This document shows positions 17,335 to 34,400 of a DNA stretch of 64,000 nucleotides, one piece after another (the stretch's first letter is position 1; each line of letters begins with the position of its first letter). The stretch is taken from NCBI GenBank assembly GCA_964035545.1, contig CAXIUT010000183.1:186001-250000 (forward strand), read 5' to 3'. This DNA comes from Bugula neritina. Lineage: Eukaryota > Animalia > Bryozoa. Position numbers and translations under genes: made by a program. A model generated the notes under the pieces. It saw nothing but the letters and a program-made list of their open reading frames with translations. It was not told where the DNA came from and ran no database searches.

Positions 17335-20300
17335 AACATACTGCAACAATCTGAAATACACTGTAACATACTGAAATACACTGCAACAAACTACAACATA
17401 TTGAAATACACTGCAACACATTGTAATATACTGCAACATACCTAAATATACGGTAATATACTGAAAAATAAACTGTGACAGATTGAAAAATTCCGCAACA
17501 TACTGAAATAAACTGCAACACACTGAAATACACCTCAAAATACTACCACATACTGAAATACACTGTAACATATTGAAATACACTGCAACACTTTGAAATA
17601 TACTGCAACATACCGAAATATATGGTAAACTACTAAAATATACTGTAACACTTTGAAAAACAGTGCAACATACTGAAATATACTGCGACACTTTGCAATG
17701 TACTGTAACATACTGAAATATGCTGTAGCACACTGAAATACACTGCAACTCACTGAAATATACTGCAACATATTGAAATACACTGCAACATCCTACAACA
17801 TGCTAAAATACACTGTAACATATTGAAATACAGTACAACACATTGAAATATACTGCAACATACCGGAATATATGGTAAAGTACTGAAATATACTGTAACA
17901 CACTGAAAAATACTGCAACATACTGAAATATACTGCGACACATTGCAATATACTGCAACATACCAAAATATATGGTAAACTACTGAAATATACTTTAACA
18001 CATTGAAAAATACTGCAACATACTGAAATATACTGTAACACACTGAAATATACTGCAACATACTGAAATACACTGTAACATACTGAGATAAACTGCAACA
18101 TACGAAAATATATGGTAAACTACTGAAATATAATTTAACACATTGAAAAATCCTGCAACATACTAAAATATACTGTAACACACTGCAAGATACTGCAACA
18201 TACCGAAATACACTGTAACATAGTGAAACACACTGCAACATATTGCATTATACTGACATACACTGGAACATATTGAAATACACTGCAACATCCTACAACA
18301 TGGTGAAATACACTGTAACATATTGAAATACACTGCAACAGATTGAAAAATACTGCAACATACAGAAATATATGGTAAACTATTGAATTATACTGTAACA
18401 CATTGAAAAATACTGAAACACACTGAAATATACTCTGACACAATGCAAAATACTGTAACATACTGAAATATGCTGTAGAACACTGAAATACACTGCAACT
18501 CACTGAAATATACTGCAACATACTGAAAAACACTGTAACATATTGAGACATACTGCAACATACTGCAACATTCTGAAATACACTGTAACATACTGAAATA
18601 CATTGCAAAATACTGCAACATATTGAAATACACTGCAACACATTGAAATATACTGCAACATACCTAAATATCCGGTAATATACTGAAATATACTGTAACA
18701 CATTGAAAAATACTGCAACATACTGAAATACACTGCAACCCACTAAAATACATCGCAAAAGACTACAACATACTGAAATATACTGTAACACACTGAAATA
18801 TACTGCAACATACTGAAATACACTGAAACATACTGAAATAAACTGCAATATACCAAAATATATGGTAAACTACTGAAATATACTGTAACACACTGAAAAA
18901 TACTGCAACATACTGAAATATACTGCGACACATTGCAATATACTGCAACATACCAAAATATATGGTAAACTACTGAAATATACTTTAACACATTGAAAAT
19001 TACTGCAACATACTGAAATATACTGTAACACACTGAAATATCCTGCAACAAACTGAAATACACTGTAACATATTGAAATAAACTGCAACATACCAAAATA
19101 TATGGTAAACTACTGAAATATACTTTAACACATTGAAAAATACTGCAACATACTAAAATATACCGTAACACACTGCAAGATACTGCAACATACCGAAATA
19201 CACTGTAACATACTGAAACACACTGCAACATACTGCATTATACTGACTAACACTGGAACATATTGAAATACACTGCAACATCTTACAACATGCTGAAATA
19301 CACTGTAACATATTGAAATACACTGCAACACAATGAAATACACTGCAACATACCAAAATATATGGTAAACTACTGAAATATACTTTAACACATTGAAAAA
19401 TACTGCAACATACTGAAATATACTGTAACACACTGAAATGTACTGCAACATACTGAAATATACTGTAACATACTGAAATAAACTGTAACATACTGAAATA
19501 CACTGCAACATCCTACAACATACTGAATTACACTGTAACATTGTGAAATACACTGCAACACATTGAAAAATACTGCAACATACCGAAATATACGGTAAAC
19601 TATTGAATTATACTGTAACACATTGAAAATTACTGAAACACACTGAAATATACTCTGACACAATGCAATATACTGTAACATACTGAAATATGCTGTAGCA
19701 CACTGAAATACACTGCGACTCACTGAAATATACTACAACATACTGAAAAACACTGTAACATACTGAAACATACTGCAACATACTACAACATATTGAAATA
19801 CACTGCAACACATTGAAATATACTGCAACATACCTAAATATCCGGTAATATACTGAAATATACTGTAACACATTGAAAAATACTACAACATACTGAAATA
19901 CACTGTAACATATTGAAATACACTGCAACACATTGAAATATACTGCAACCTATAGAAATATATGGTAAACTACTGAAATATACTGTAACACATTGAAAAA
20001 TACTGCAACATACTGAAACATACTGCGACACATTGCAATATACAGTAACATACTGAAACATGCTGTAGCACACTGAAATAGACTGCAGCTCACTGAAATA
20101 TACTGCAACATACTGAAATACACTGCTACATACTGAAATATACTGCAACATACTGCAACATACTGAAATACACTGTACCATACTGAAATACACTGCAACA
20201 AACTACAACATATTGAAATACACTGCAACACATTGAAATATACTGCAACATACCTAAATATACGGTAATATACCGAAAAAAAAACTGTAACAGATTGAAA

Positions 20301-23300
20301 AATTCTGCAACATACTGAAATAAACTGCAACACACTGAAATACAGCGCAAAATACTACAACATACTGAAATACACTGTAACATATTGAAATACACTGCAA
20401 CACTTTGAAATATACTGCAACATACCGAAATATATGGTAAACTACTAAAATATACTGTAACACTTTGAGAAATAGTGCAACACACTGAAATATACTCTAA
20501 CACATTGCAATATACTGTAACATACTGAAATATGCTGTAGCACACTGAAATACATTGCAACTCACTGAAATATACTGCAACATACTGAAATACACTGTAA
20601 CATATTGAAAAATACTGCAACATACTGCAACATACCGAAATACACTGTAACATACTGAAACACACTGCAACATACTGCATTATACTGACTAACACTGGAA
20701 CATATTGAAATACACTGCAACATCCTACAACATGCTGAAATACACTGTAACATATTGAAATACACTGCAACACAATGAAATACACTGCAACATACCAAAA
20801 TATATGGTAAACTACTGAAATATACTTTAACACATTGAAAAATACTGCAACATACTGAAATATACTGTAACACACTGAAATGTACTGCAACATACTGAAA
20901 TACACTGTAACATACTGAAATAAACTGTAACATACTGCAACAATCTGAAATACACTGTAACATACTGAAATACACTGCAACAAACTACAACATATTGAAA
21001 TACACTGCAACACATTGTAATATACTGCAACATACCTAAATATACGGTAATATACCGAAAAAAAAACTGTGACAGATTGAAAAATTCCGCAACATACTGA
21101 AATAAACTGCAACACACTGAAATACACCGCAAAATACTACCACATACTGAAATACACTGTAACATATTGAAATACACTGCAACACTTTGAAATATACTGC
21201 AACATACCGAAATATATGGTAAACTACTAAAATATACTGTAACACTTTGAAAAACAGTGCAACATACTGAAATATACTGCGACACTTTGCAATGTACTGT
21301 AACATACTGAAATATGCTGTAGCACACTGAAATACACTGCAACTCACTGAAATATACTGCAACATATTGAAATACACTGCAACATCCTACAACATGCTAA
21401 AATACACTGTAACATATTGAAATACAGTACAACACATTGAAATATACTGCAACATACCGGAATATATGATAAAGTACTGAAATATACTGTAACACACTGA
21501 AAAATACTGCAACATACTGAAATATACTGCGACACATTGCAATATACTGCAACATACCAAAATATATGGTAAACTACTGAAATATACTTTAACACATTGA
21601 AAAATACTGCAACATACTGAAATATACTGTAACACACTGAAATATACTGCAACATACTGAAATACACTGTAACATACTGAGATAAACTGCAACATACGAA
21701 AATATATGGTAAACTACTGAAATATAATTTAACACATTGAAAAATCCTGCAACATACTAAAATATACTGTAACACACTGCAAGATACTGCAACATACCGA
21801 AATACACTGTAACATAGTGAAACACACTGCAACATATTGCATTATACTGACATACACTGGAACATATTGAAATACACTGCAACATCCTACAACATGGTGA
21901 AATACACTGTAACATATTGAAATACACTGCAACAGATTGAAAAATACTGCAACATACAGAAATATATGGTAAACTATTGAATTATACTGTAACACATTGA
22001 AAAATACTGAAACACACTGAAATATACTCTGACACAATGCAAAATACTGTAACATACTGAAATATGCTGTAGAACACTGAAATACACTGCAACTCACTGA
22101 AATATACTGCAACATACTGAAAAACACTGTAACATATTGAGACATACTGCAACATACTGCAACATTCTGAAATACACTGTAACATACTGAAATACATTGC
22201 AAAATACTGCAACATATTGAAATACACTGCAACACATTGAAATATACTGCAACATACCTAAATATCCGGTAATATACTGAAATATACTGTAACACATTGA
22301 AAAATACTGCAACATACTGAAATACACTGCAACCCACTGTAATACATCGCAAAAGACTACAACATACTGAAATATACTGTAACACACTGAAATATACTGC
22401 AACATACTGAAATACACTGAAACATACTGAAATAAACTGCAATATACCAAAATATATGGTAAACTACTGAAATATACTGTAACACACTGAAAAATACTGC
22501 AACATACTGAAATATACTGCGACACATTGCAATATACTGCAACATACCAAAATATATGGTAAACTACTGAAATATACTTTAACACATTGAAAATTACTGC
22601 AACATACTGAAATATACTGTAACACACTGAAATATCCTGCAACAAACTGAAATACACTGTAACATATTGAAATAAACTGCAACATACCAAAATATATGGT
22701 AAACTACTGAAATATACTTTAACACATTGAAAAATACTGCAACATACTAAAATATACCGTAACACACTGCAAGATACTGCAACATACCGAAATACACTGT
22801 AACATACTGAAACACACTGCAACATACTGCATTATACTGACTAACACTGGAACATATTGAAATACACTGCAACATCCTACAACATGCTGAAATACACTGT
22901 AACATATTGAAATACACTGCAACACAATGAAATACACTGCAACATACCAAAATATATGGTAAACTACTGAAATATACTTTAACACATTGAAAAATACTGC
23001 AACATACTGAAATATACTGTAACACACTGAAATGTACTGCAACATACTGAAATACACTGTAACATACTGAAATAAACTGTAACATACTGAAATACACTGC
23101 AACATCCTACAACATACTGAATTACACTGTAACATTGTGAAATACACCGCAACACATTGAAAAATACTGCAACATACCGAAATATACGGTAAACTATTGA
23201 ATTATACTGTAACACATTGAAAATTACTGAAACACACTGAAATATACTCTGACACAATGCAATATACTGTAACATACTGAAATATGCTGTAGCACACTGA

Positions 23301-24531
23301 AATACACTGCGACTCACTGAAGTATACTACAACATACTGAAAAACACTGTAACATATTGAAACATACTGCAACATACTACAACATATTGAAATACACTGC
23401 AACACATTGAAATATACTGCAACATACCTAAATATCCGGTAATATACTGAAATATACTGTAACACATTGAAAAATACTACAACATACTGAAATACACTGT
23501 AACATATTGAAATACACTGCAACACATTGAAATATACTGCAACCTATAGAAATATATGGTAAACTACTGAAATATACTGTAACACATTGAAAAATACTGC
23601 AACATACTGAAACATACTGCGACACATTGCAATATACAGTAACATACTGAAACATGCTGTAGCACACTGAAATAGACTGCAGCTCACTGAAATATACTGC
23701 AACATACTGAAATACACTGCTACATACTGAAATATACTGCAACATACTGCAACATACTGAAATACACTGTAACATACTGAAATACACTGCAACAAACTAC
23801 AACATATTGAAATACACTGCAACACTTTGAAATATACTGCAACATACCTAAATATACGGTAATATACCGAAAAAAAAACTGTAACAGATTGAAAAATTCT
23901 GCAACATACTGAAATAAACTGCAACACACTGAAATACAGCGCAAAATACTACAACATACTGAAATACACTGTAACATATTGAAATACACTGCAACACTTT
24001 GAAATATACTGCAACATACCGAAATATATGGTAAACTACTAAAATATACTGTAACACTTTGAGAAATAGTGCAACACACTGAAATATACTCTGACACATT
24101 GCAATATACTGTAACATACTGAAATATGCTGTAGCACACTGAAATACATTGCAACTCACTGAAATATACTGCAACATACTGAAATACACTGTAACATATT
24201 GAAAAATACTGCAACATACTGCAACATACCGAAATACACTGTAACATACTGAAACACACTGCAACATACTGCATTATACTGACTAACACTGGAACATATT
24301 GAAATACACTGCAACATCCTACAACATGCTGAAATACACTGTAACATATTGAAATACACTGCAACACAATGAAATACACTGCAACATACCAAAATATATG
24401 GTAAACTACTGAAATATACTTTAACACATTGAAAAATACTGCAACATACTGAAATATACTGTAACACACTGAAATGTACTGCAACATACTGAAATACACT
24501 GTAACATACTGAAATAAACTGTAACATACTG
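17335..24531. repeat. 3594-bp tandem duplication (2 copies, a few substitutions)
   Basis: Landmark caatctgaaa at 17347 and 20941. ORF pairs 17750/21344, 18388/21982, 19125/22719, 19950/23544 and 20562/24156 are all offset by 3594. Confidence 0.92.
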
Positions 24532-25435
24532 AAATACACTGCAACATCCTACAACATACTGAATTACACTGTAACATTGTGAAATACACTGCAACACATT
24601 GAAAAATACTGCAACATACCGAAATATACGGTAAACTATTGAATTATACTGTAACACATTGAAAATTACTGAAACACACTGAAATATACTCTGACACAAT
24701 GCAATATACTGTAACATACTGAAATATGCTGTAGCACACTGAAATACACTGCGACTCACTGAAATATACTACAACATACTGAAAAACACTGTAACATATT
24801 GAAACATACTGCAACATACTACAACATATTGAAATACACTGCAACACATTGAAATATACTGCAACATACCTAAATATCCGGTAATATACTGAAATATACT
24901 GTAACACATTGAAAAATACTACAACATACTGAAATACACTGTAACATATTGAAATACACTGCAACACATTGAAATATACTGCAACCTATAGAAATATATG
25001 GTAAACTACTGAAATATACTGTAACACATTGAAAAATACTGCAACATACTGAAACATACTGCGACACATTGCAATATACAGTAACATACTGAAACATGCT
25101 GTAGCACACTGAAATAGACTGCAGCTCACTGAAATATACTGCAACATACTGAAATACACTGCTACATACTGAAATATACTGCAACATACTGCAACATACT
25201 GAAATACACTGTAACATACTGAAATACACTGCAACAAACTACAACATATTGAAATACACTGCAACACATTGAAATATACTGCAACATACCTAAATATACG
25301 GTAATATACCGAAAAAAAAACTGTAACAGATTGAAAAATTCTGCAACATACTGAAATAAACTGCAACACACTGAAATACAGCGCAAAATACTACAACATA
25401 CTGAAATACACTGTAACATATTGAAATACACTGCA
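22780..25435. repeat. 1442-bp tandem period (~1.8 copies), followed by a 272-bp tandem duplication (~25164..25710)
   Basis: ORF pairs 22979/24421, 23202/24644 and 23544/24986 are offset by 1442. Poly-A landmarks at ~25312 and ~25584 are offset by 272. Confidence 0.85.
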
Positions 25436-28400
25436 ACATACTGAAATATACTGCAACATACTGCAACATACTGAAATACACTGTAACATACTGAAATACA
25501 CTGCAACAAACTACAACATATTGAAATACACTGCAACACATTGAAATATACTGCAACATACCTAAATATACGGTAATATACCGAAAAAAAAACTGTAACA
25601 GATTGAAAAATTCTGCAACATACTGAAATAAACTGCAACACACTGAAATACAGCGCAAAATACTACAACATACTGAAATACACTGTAACATATTGAAATA
25701 CACTGCAACACTTTGAAATATACTGCAACATACCGAAATATATGGTAAACTACTAAAATATACTGTAACACTTTGAGAAATAGTGCAACACACTGAAATA
25801 TACTCTGACACATTGCAATATACTGTAACATACTGAAATATGCTGTAGCACACTGAAATACATTGCAACTCACTGAAATATACTGCAACATACTGAAATA
25901 CACTGTAACATATTGAAAAATACTGCAACATACTGCAACATACTGAAATACACTGTAACATACTGAAATACATTGCAAAATACTACAACATACTGAAATA
26001 CACTGTAACACATTGGAATATACTACAACATACCTAAATATCCGATAATATACTGAAATATACTGTAACACATTGAAAAATACTGCAACATACTGAAATA
26101 CACTGCGACCCACTGAAATACATCGCAAAATACTACAACATACTGCAACAAACTACAACATATTGAAATACACTGCAACACATTGAAATATACTGCAACA
26201 TACCTAAATATACGGTAATATACCGAAAAAAAAACTGTAACAGATTGAAAAATTCTGCAACATACTGAAATATACTGCAACATACTGAAATACACTGCTA
26301 GATACTGATATGTACTGCAACATACTTCAACATTCTGAAATACACTGTAACATACTGAAATACACTGCAACAAACCACAACATATTGAAATACACTGCAA
26401 CACATTGAAATAGACTGCAACCTACCTAAATATACGGTAATATACTGAAAAAAAAACTGTAACAGATTGAAAAATTCTGCAACATACTGAAATAAACTTC
26501 AACACACTGAAATACACCGCAAAATACTACAACATACTGAAATACACTGTAACATATTGAAATACACTGCAACACTTTGAAATATACTGCAACATACCGA
26601 AATATATGGTAAACTACTAAAATATACTGTAACACTTTGAAAAATAGTGCAACATACTGAAATATACTGCGACACTTTGCAATGTACTGTAACATACTGA
26701 AATATGCTGTAGCACACTGAAATACACTGCAACTCACTGAAATATACTGCAACATATTGAAATACACTGCAACATCTTACAACATGCTAAAATACACTGT
26801 AACATATTGAAATACACTACAACACATTGAAATATACTGCAACATACCGGAATATATGGTAAACTACTGAAATATACTGTAACACACTGAAAAATACTGC
26901 AACATACTGAAATATACTGCGACACATTGCAATATACTGCAACATACCAAAATATATGGTAAACAACTGAAATATACTTTAACACATTGAAAAATACTGA
27001 AACATACTGAAATATACTGTAACACACTGAAATATACTGCAACAAACTGAAATACACTGTAACATACTGAAATAAACTGCAACATACCAAAATATATGGT
27101 AAACTACTGAAATATACTTTAACACATTGAAAAATACTGCAACATACTAAAATATACTGTAACACACTGCAAGATACTGCAACATACCGAAATACACTGT
27201 AACATACTGAAACACACTGCAACATACTGCATTATACTGACATACACTGGAACATATTGAAATACACTGCAACATCCTACAACATGCTGAAATACACTGT
27301 AACATATTGAAATACACTGCAACACAATGAAATATACTGCAACATACCAAAATATATGGTAAACTACTGAAATATACTTTAACACATTGAAAAATACTGC
27401 AATATACTGAAATATACTGTAACACACTGAAATATACTGCAACATACTGAAATACACTGTAACATACTGAAATAAACTGCAACATACTGAAATACACTGC
27501 AACATCCTACAACATACTGAATTACACTGTAACATATTGAAATACACTGTAACATATTGAAAAATACTGCAACATACTGCAACATACTGAAATACACTGT
27601 AACATACTGAAATACATTGCAAAATACTACAACATACTGAAATACACTGTAACACATTGGAATATACTACAACATACCTAAATATCCGATAATATACTGA
27701 AATATACTGTAACACATTGAAAAATACTGCAACATACTGAAATACACTGCGACCCACTGAAATACATCGCAAAATACTACAACATACTGAAATACACTGT
27801 AACATATTGAAATACACTGCAACACATTGAAATATACTGCAACCTACAGAAACAGGTGGTAAACTACTGAAATATACTGTAACACATTGAAAAATACTGC
27901 AACATACTGAAATATACTGCAACATACTGAAATACACTGCTAGATACTGATATGTACTGCAACATACTTCAACATTCTGAAATACACTGTAACATACTGA
28001 AATACACTGCAACAAACCACAACATATTGAAATACACTGCAACACATTGAAATAGACTGCAACCTACCTAAATATACGGTAATATACTGAAAAAAAAACT
28101 GTAACAGATTGAAAAATTCTGCAACATACTGAAATAAACTTCAACACACTGAAATACACCGCAAAATACTACAACATACTGAAATACACTGTAACATATT
28201 GAAATACACTGCAACACTTTGAAATATACTGCAACATACCGAAATATATGGTAAACTACTAAAATATACTGTAACACTTTGAAAAATAGTGCAACATACT
28301 GAAATATACTGCGACACTTTGCAATGTACTGTAACATACTGAAATATGCTGTAGCACACTGAAATACACTGCAACTCACTGAAATATACTGCAACATATT

Positions 28401-31400
28401 GAAATACACTGCAACATCCTACAACATGCTAAAATACACTGTAACATATTGAAATACACTACAACACATTGAAATATACTGCAACATACCGGAATATATG
28501 GTAAACTACTGAAATATACTGTAACACACTGAAAAATACTGCAACATACTGAAATATACTGCGACACATTGCAATATACTGCAACATACCAAAATATATG
28601 GTAAACTACTGAAATATACTTTAACACATTGAAAAATACTGCAACATACTGAAATATACTGTAACACACTGAAATATACTGCAACAAACTGAAATACACT
28701 GTAACATACTGAAATAAACTGCAACATACCAAAATATATGGTAAACTACTGAAATATACTTTAACACATTGAAAAATACTGCAACATACTAAAATATACT
28801 GTAACACACTGCAAGATACTGCAACATACCGAAATACACTGTAACATACTGAAACACACTGCAACATACTGCATTATACTGACATACACAGGAACATATT
28901 GAAATACACTGCAACATCCTACAACATGCTGAAATACACTGTAACATATTGAAATACACTGCAACACAATGAAATATACTGCAACATACCAAAATATATG
29001 GTAAACTACTGAAATATACTTTAACACATTGAAAAATACTGCAATATACTGAAATATACTGTAACACACTGAAATATACTGCAACATACTGAAATACACT
29101 GTAACATACTGAAATAAACTGCAACATACTGAAATACACTGCAACATCCTACAACATACTGAATTACACTGTAACATATTGAAATACACTGCAACACATT
29201 GAAAAATACTGCAACATACCGAAATATATGGTAAACTATTGAATTATACTGTAACACATTGAAAAATACTGAAACACACTGAAGTTTACTCTGACACAAT
29301 GCAATATACTGTAACATACTGAATTATTCTGTAGCACACTGAAATACACTGCAACTCACTGAAATATACTGCAACATACTGAAAAACACTGTAACATATT
29401 GAAACATACTGCAACATACTACAACATATTGAAATACACTGCAACACATTGAAATATACTGCAACATACCTAAATATCCGGTAATATACTGAAATATACT
29501 GTAACACATTGAAAAATATTGCAACATACTGAAATACACTGCAACCCACTGAAATACATCGCAAAAGACTACAACATACTGAAATATACTGTAACACACT
29601 GAAATATACTGCAACATACTGAAATACACTGAAACATACTGAAATAAACTGCAATATACCAAAATATATGGTAAACTACTGAAATATACTGTAACACACT
29701 GAAAAATACTGCAACATACTGAAATATACTGCGACACATTGCAATATACTGCAACATACCAAAATATATGGTAAACTACTGAAATATACTTTAACACATT
29801 GAAAATTACTGCAACATACTGAAATATACTGTAACACACTGAAATATCCTGCAACAAACTGAAATACACTGTAACATATTGAAATAAACTACAACATACC
29901 AAAATATATGGTAAACTACTGAAATATACTTTAACACATTGAAAAATACTGCAACATACTAAAATATACCGTAACACACTGCAAGATACTGCAACATACC
30001 GAAATACACTGTAACATACTGAAACACACTGCAACATACTGCATTATACTGACTAACACTGGAACATATTGAAATACACTGCAACATCCTACAACATGCT
30101 GAAATACACTGTAACATATTGAAATACACTGGAACACAATGAAATACACTGCAACATACCAAAATATATGGTAAACTACTGAAATATACTTTAACACATT
30201 GAAAAATACTGCAACATACTGAAATATACTGTAACACACTGAAATATACTGCAACATACTGAAATACACTGTAACATACTGAAATAAACTGTAACATACT
30301 GAAATACACTGCAACATCCTACAACATACTGAATTACACTGTAACATTGTGAAATACACTGCAACACATTGAAAAATACTGCAACACACTGAAATATACT
30401 CTGACACAATGCAATATACTGTAACATACTGAAATATGCTGTAGCACACTGAAATACACTGCAACTCACTGAAATATACTACAACATACTGAAAAACACT
30501 GTAACATATTGAAACATACTGCAACATACTACAACATATTGAAATACACTGCAACACATTGAAATATACTGCAACATACCTAAATATCCGGTAATATACT
30601 GAAATATACTGTAACACATTGAAAAATACTACAACATACTGAAATACACTGTAACATATTGAAATACACTGCAACACATTGAAATATACTGCAACCTATA
30701 GAAATATATGGTAAACTACTGAAATATACTGTAACACATTGAAAAATACTGCAACATACTGAAACATACTGCGACACATTGCAATATACAGTAACATACT
30801 GAAACATGCTGTAGCACACTGAAATAGACTGCAGCTCACTGAAATATACTGCAACATACTGAAATACACTGCTACATACTGAAATATACTGCAACATACT
30901 GCAACATACTGAAATACACTGTAACATACTGAAATACACTGCAACAAACTACAACATATTGAAATACACCGCAACACATTGAAAAATACTGCAACATACC
31001 GAAATATACGGTAAACTATTGAATTATACTGTAACACATTGAAAATTACTGAAACACACTGAAATATACTCTGACACAATGCAATATACTGTAACATACT
31101 GAAATATGCTGTAGCACACTGAAATACACTGCGACTCACTGAAGTATACTACAACATACTGAAAAACACTGTAACATATTGAAACATACTGCAACATACT
31201 ACAACATATTGAAATACACTGCAACACATTGAAATATACTGCAACATACCTAAATATCCGGTAATATACTGAAATATACTGTAACACATTGAAAAATACT
31301 ACAACATACTGAAATACACTGTAACATATTGAAATACACTGCAACACATTGAAATATACTGCAACCTATAGAAATATATGGTAAACTACTGAAATATACT

Positions 31401-34400
31401 GTAACACATTGAAAAATACTGCAACATACTGAAACATACTGCGACACATTGCAATATACAGTAACATACTGAAACATGCTGTAGCACACTGAAATAGACT
31501 GCAGCTCACTGAAATATACTGCAACATACTGAAATACACTGCTACATACTGAAATATACTGCAACATACTGCAACATACTGAAATACACTGTAACATACT
31601 GAAATACACTGCAACAAACTACAACATATTGAAATACACTGCAACACTTTGAAATATACTGCAACATACCTAAATATACGGTAATATACCGAAAAAAAAA
31701 CTGTAACAGATTGAAAAATTCTGCAACATACTGAAATAAACTGCAACACACTGAAATACAGCGCAAAATACTACAACATACTGAAATACACTGTAACATA
31801 TTGAAATACACTGCAACACTTTGAAATATACTGCAACATACCGAAATATATGGTAAACTACTAAAATATACTGTAACACTTTGAGAAATAGTGCAACACA
31901 CTGAAATATACTCTGACACATTGCAATATACTGTAACATACTGAAATATGCTGTAGCACACTGAAATACATTGCAACTCACTGAAATATACTGCAACATA
32001 CTGAAATACACTGTAACATATTGAAAAATACTGCAACATACTGCAACATACCGAAATACACTGTAACATACTGAAACACACTGCAACATACTGCATTATA
32101 CTGACTAACACTGGAACATATTGAAATACACTGCAACATCCTACAACATGCTGAAATACACTGTAACATATTGAAATACACTGCAACACAATGAAATACA
32201 CTGCAACATACCAAAATATATGGTAAACTACTGAAATATACTTTAACACATTGAAAAATACTGCAACATACTGAAATATACTGTAACACACTGAAATGTA
32301 CTGCAACATACTGAAATACACTGTAACATACTGAAATAAACTGTAACATACTGAAATACACTGCAACATCCTACAACATACTGAATTACACTGTAACATT
32401 GTGAAATACACTGCAACACATTGAAAAATACTGCAACATACCGAAATATACGGTAAACTATTGAATTATACTGTAACACATTGAAAATTACTGAAACACA
32501 CTGAAATATACTCTGACACAATGCAATATACTGTAACATACTGAAATATGCTGTAGCACACTGAAATACACTGCGACTCACTGAAATATACTACAACATA
32601 CTGAAAAACACTGTAACATATTGAAACATACTGCAACATACTACAACATATTGAAATACACTGCAACACATTGAAATATACTGCAACATACCTAAATATC
32701 CGGTAATATACTGAAATATACTGTAACACATTGAAAAATACTACAACATACTGAAATACACTGTAACATATTGAAATACACTGCAACACATTGAAATATA
32801 CTGCAACCTATAGAAATATATGGTAAACTACTGAAATATACTGTAACACATTGAAAAATACTGCAACATACTGAAACATACTGCGACACATTGCAATATA
32901 CAGTAACATACTGAAACATGCTGTAGCACACTGAAATAGACTGCAGCTCACTGAAATATACTGCAACATACTGAAATACACTGCTACATACTGAAATATA
33001 CTGCAACATACTGCAACATACTGAAATACACTGTAACATACTGAAATACACTGCAACAAACTACAACATATTGAAATACACTGCAACACATTGAAATATA
33101 CTGCAACATACCTAAATATACGGTAATATACCGAAAAAAAAACTGTAACAGATTGAAAAATTCTGCAACATACTGAAATAAACTGCAACACACTGAAATA
33201 CAGCGCAAAATACTACAACATACTGAAATACACTGTAACATATTGAAATACACTGCAACATACTGAAATATACTGCAACATACTGCAACATACTGAAATA
33301 CACTGTAACATACTGAAATACACTGCAACAAACTACAACATATTGAAATACACTGCAACACATTGAAATATACTGCAACATACCTAAATATACGGTAATA
33401 TACCGAAAAAAAAACTGTAACAGATTGAAAAATTCTGCAACATACTGAAATAAACTGCAACACACTGAAATACAGCGCAAAATACTACAACATACTGAAA
33501 TACACTGTAACATATTGAAATACACTGCAACACTTTGAAATATACTGCAACATACCGAAATATATGGTAAACTACTAAAATATACTGTAACACTTTGAGA
33601 AATAGTGCAACACACTGAAATATACTCTGACACATTGCAATATACTGTAACATACTGAAATATGCTGTAGCACACTGAAATACATTGCAACTCACTGAAA
33701 TATACTGCAACATACTGAAATACACTGTAACATATTGAAAAATACTGCAACATACTGCAACATACTGAAATACACTGTAACATACTGAAATACATTGCAA
33801 AATACTACAACATACTGAAATACACTGTAACACATTGGAATATACTACAACATACCTAAATATCCGATAATATACTGAAATATACTGTAACACATTGAAA
33901 AATACTGCAACATACTGAAATACACTGCGACCCACTGAAATACATCGCAAAATACTACAACATACTGCAACAAACTACAACATATTGAAATACACTGCAA
34001 CACATTGAAATATACTGCAACATACCTAAATATACGGTAATATACCGAAAAAAAAACTGTAACAGATTGAAAAATTCTGCAACATACTGAAATATACTGC
34101 AACATACTGAAATACACTGCTAGATACTGATATGTACTGCAACATACTTCAACATTCTGAAATACACTGTAACATACTGAAATACACTGCAACAAACCAC
34201 AACATATTGAAATACACTGCAACACATTGAAATAGACTGCAACCTACCTAAATATACGGTAATATACTGAAAAAAAAACTGTAACAGATTGAAAAATTCT
34301 GCAACATACTGAAATAAACTTCAACACACTGAAATACACCGCAAAATACTACAACATACTGAAATACACTGTAACATATTGAAATACACTGCAACACTTT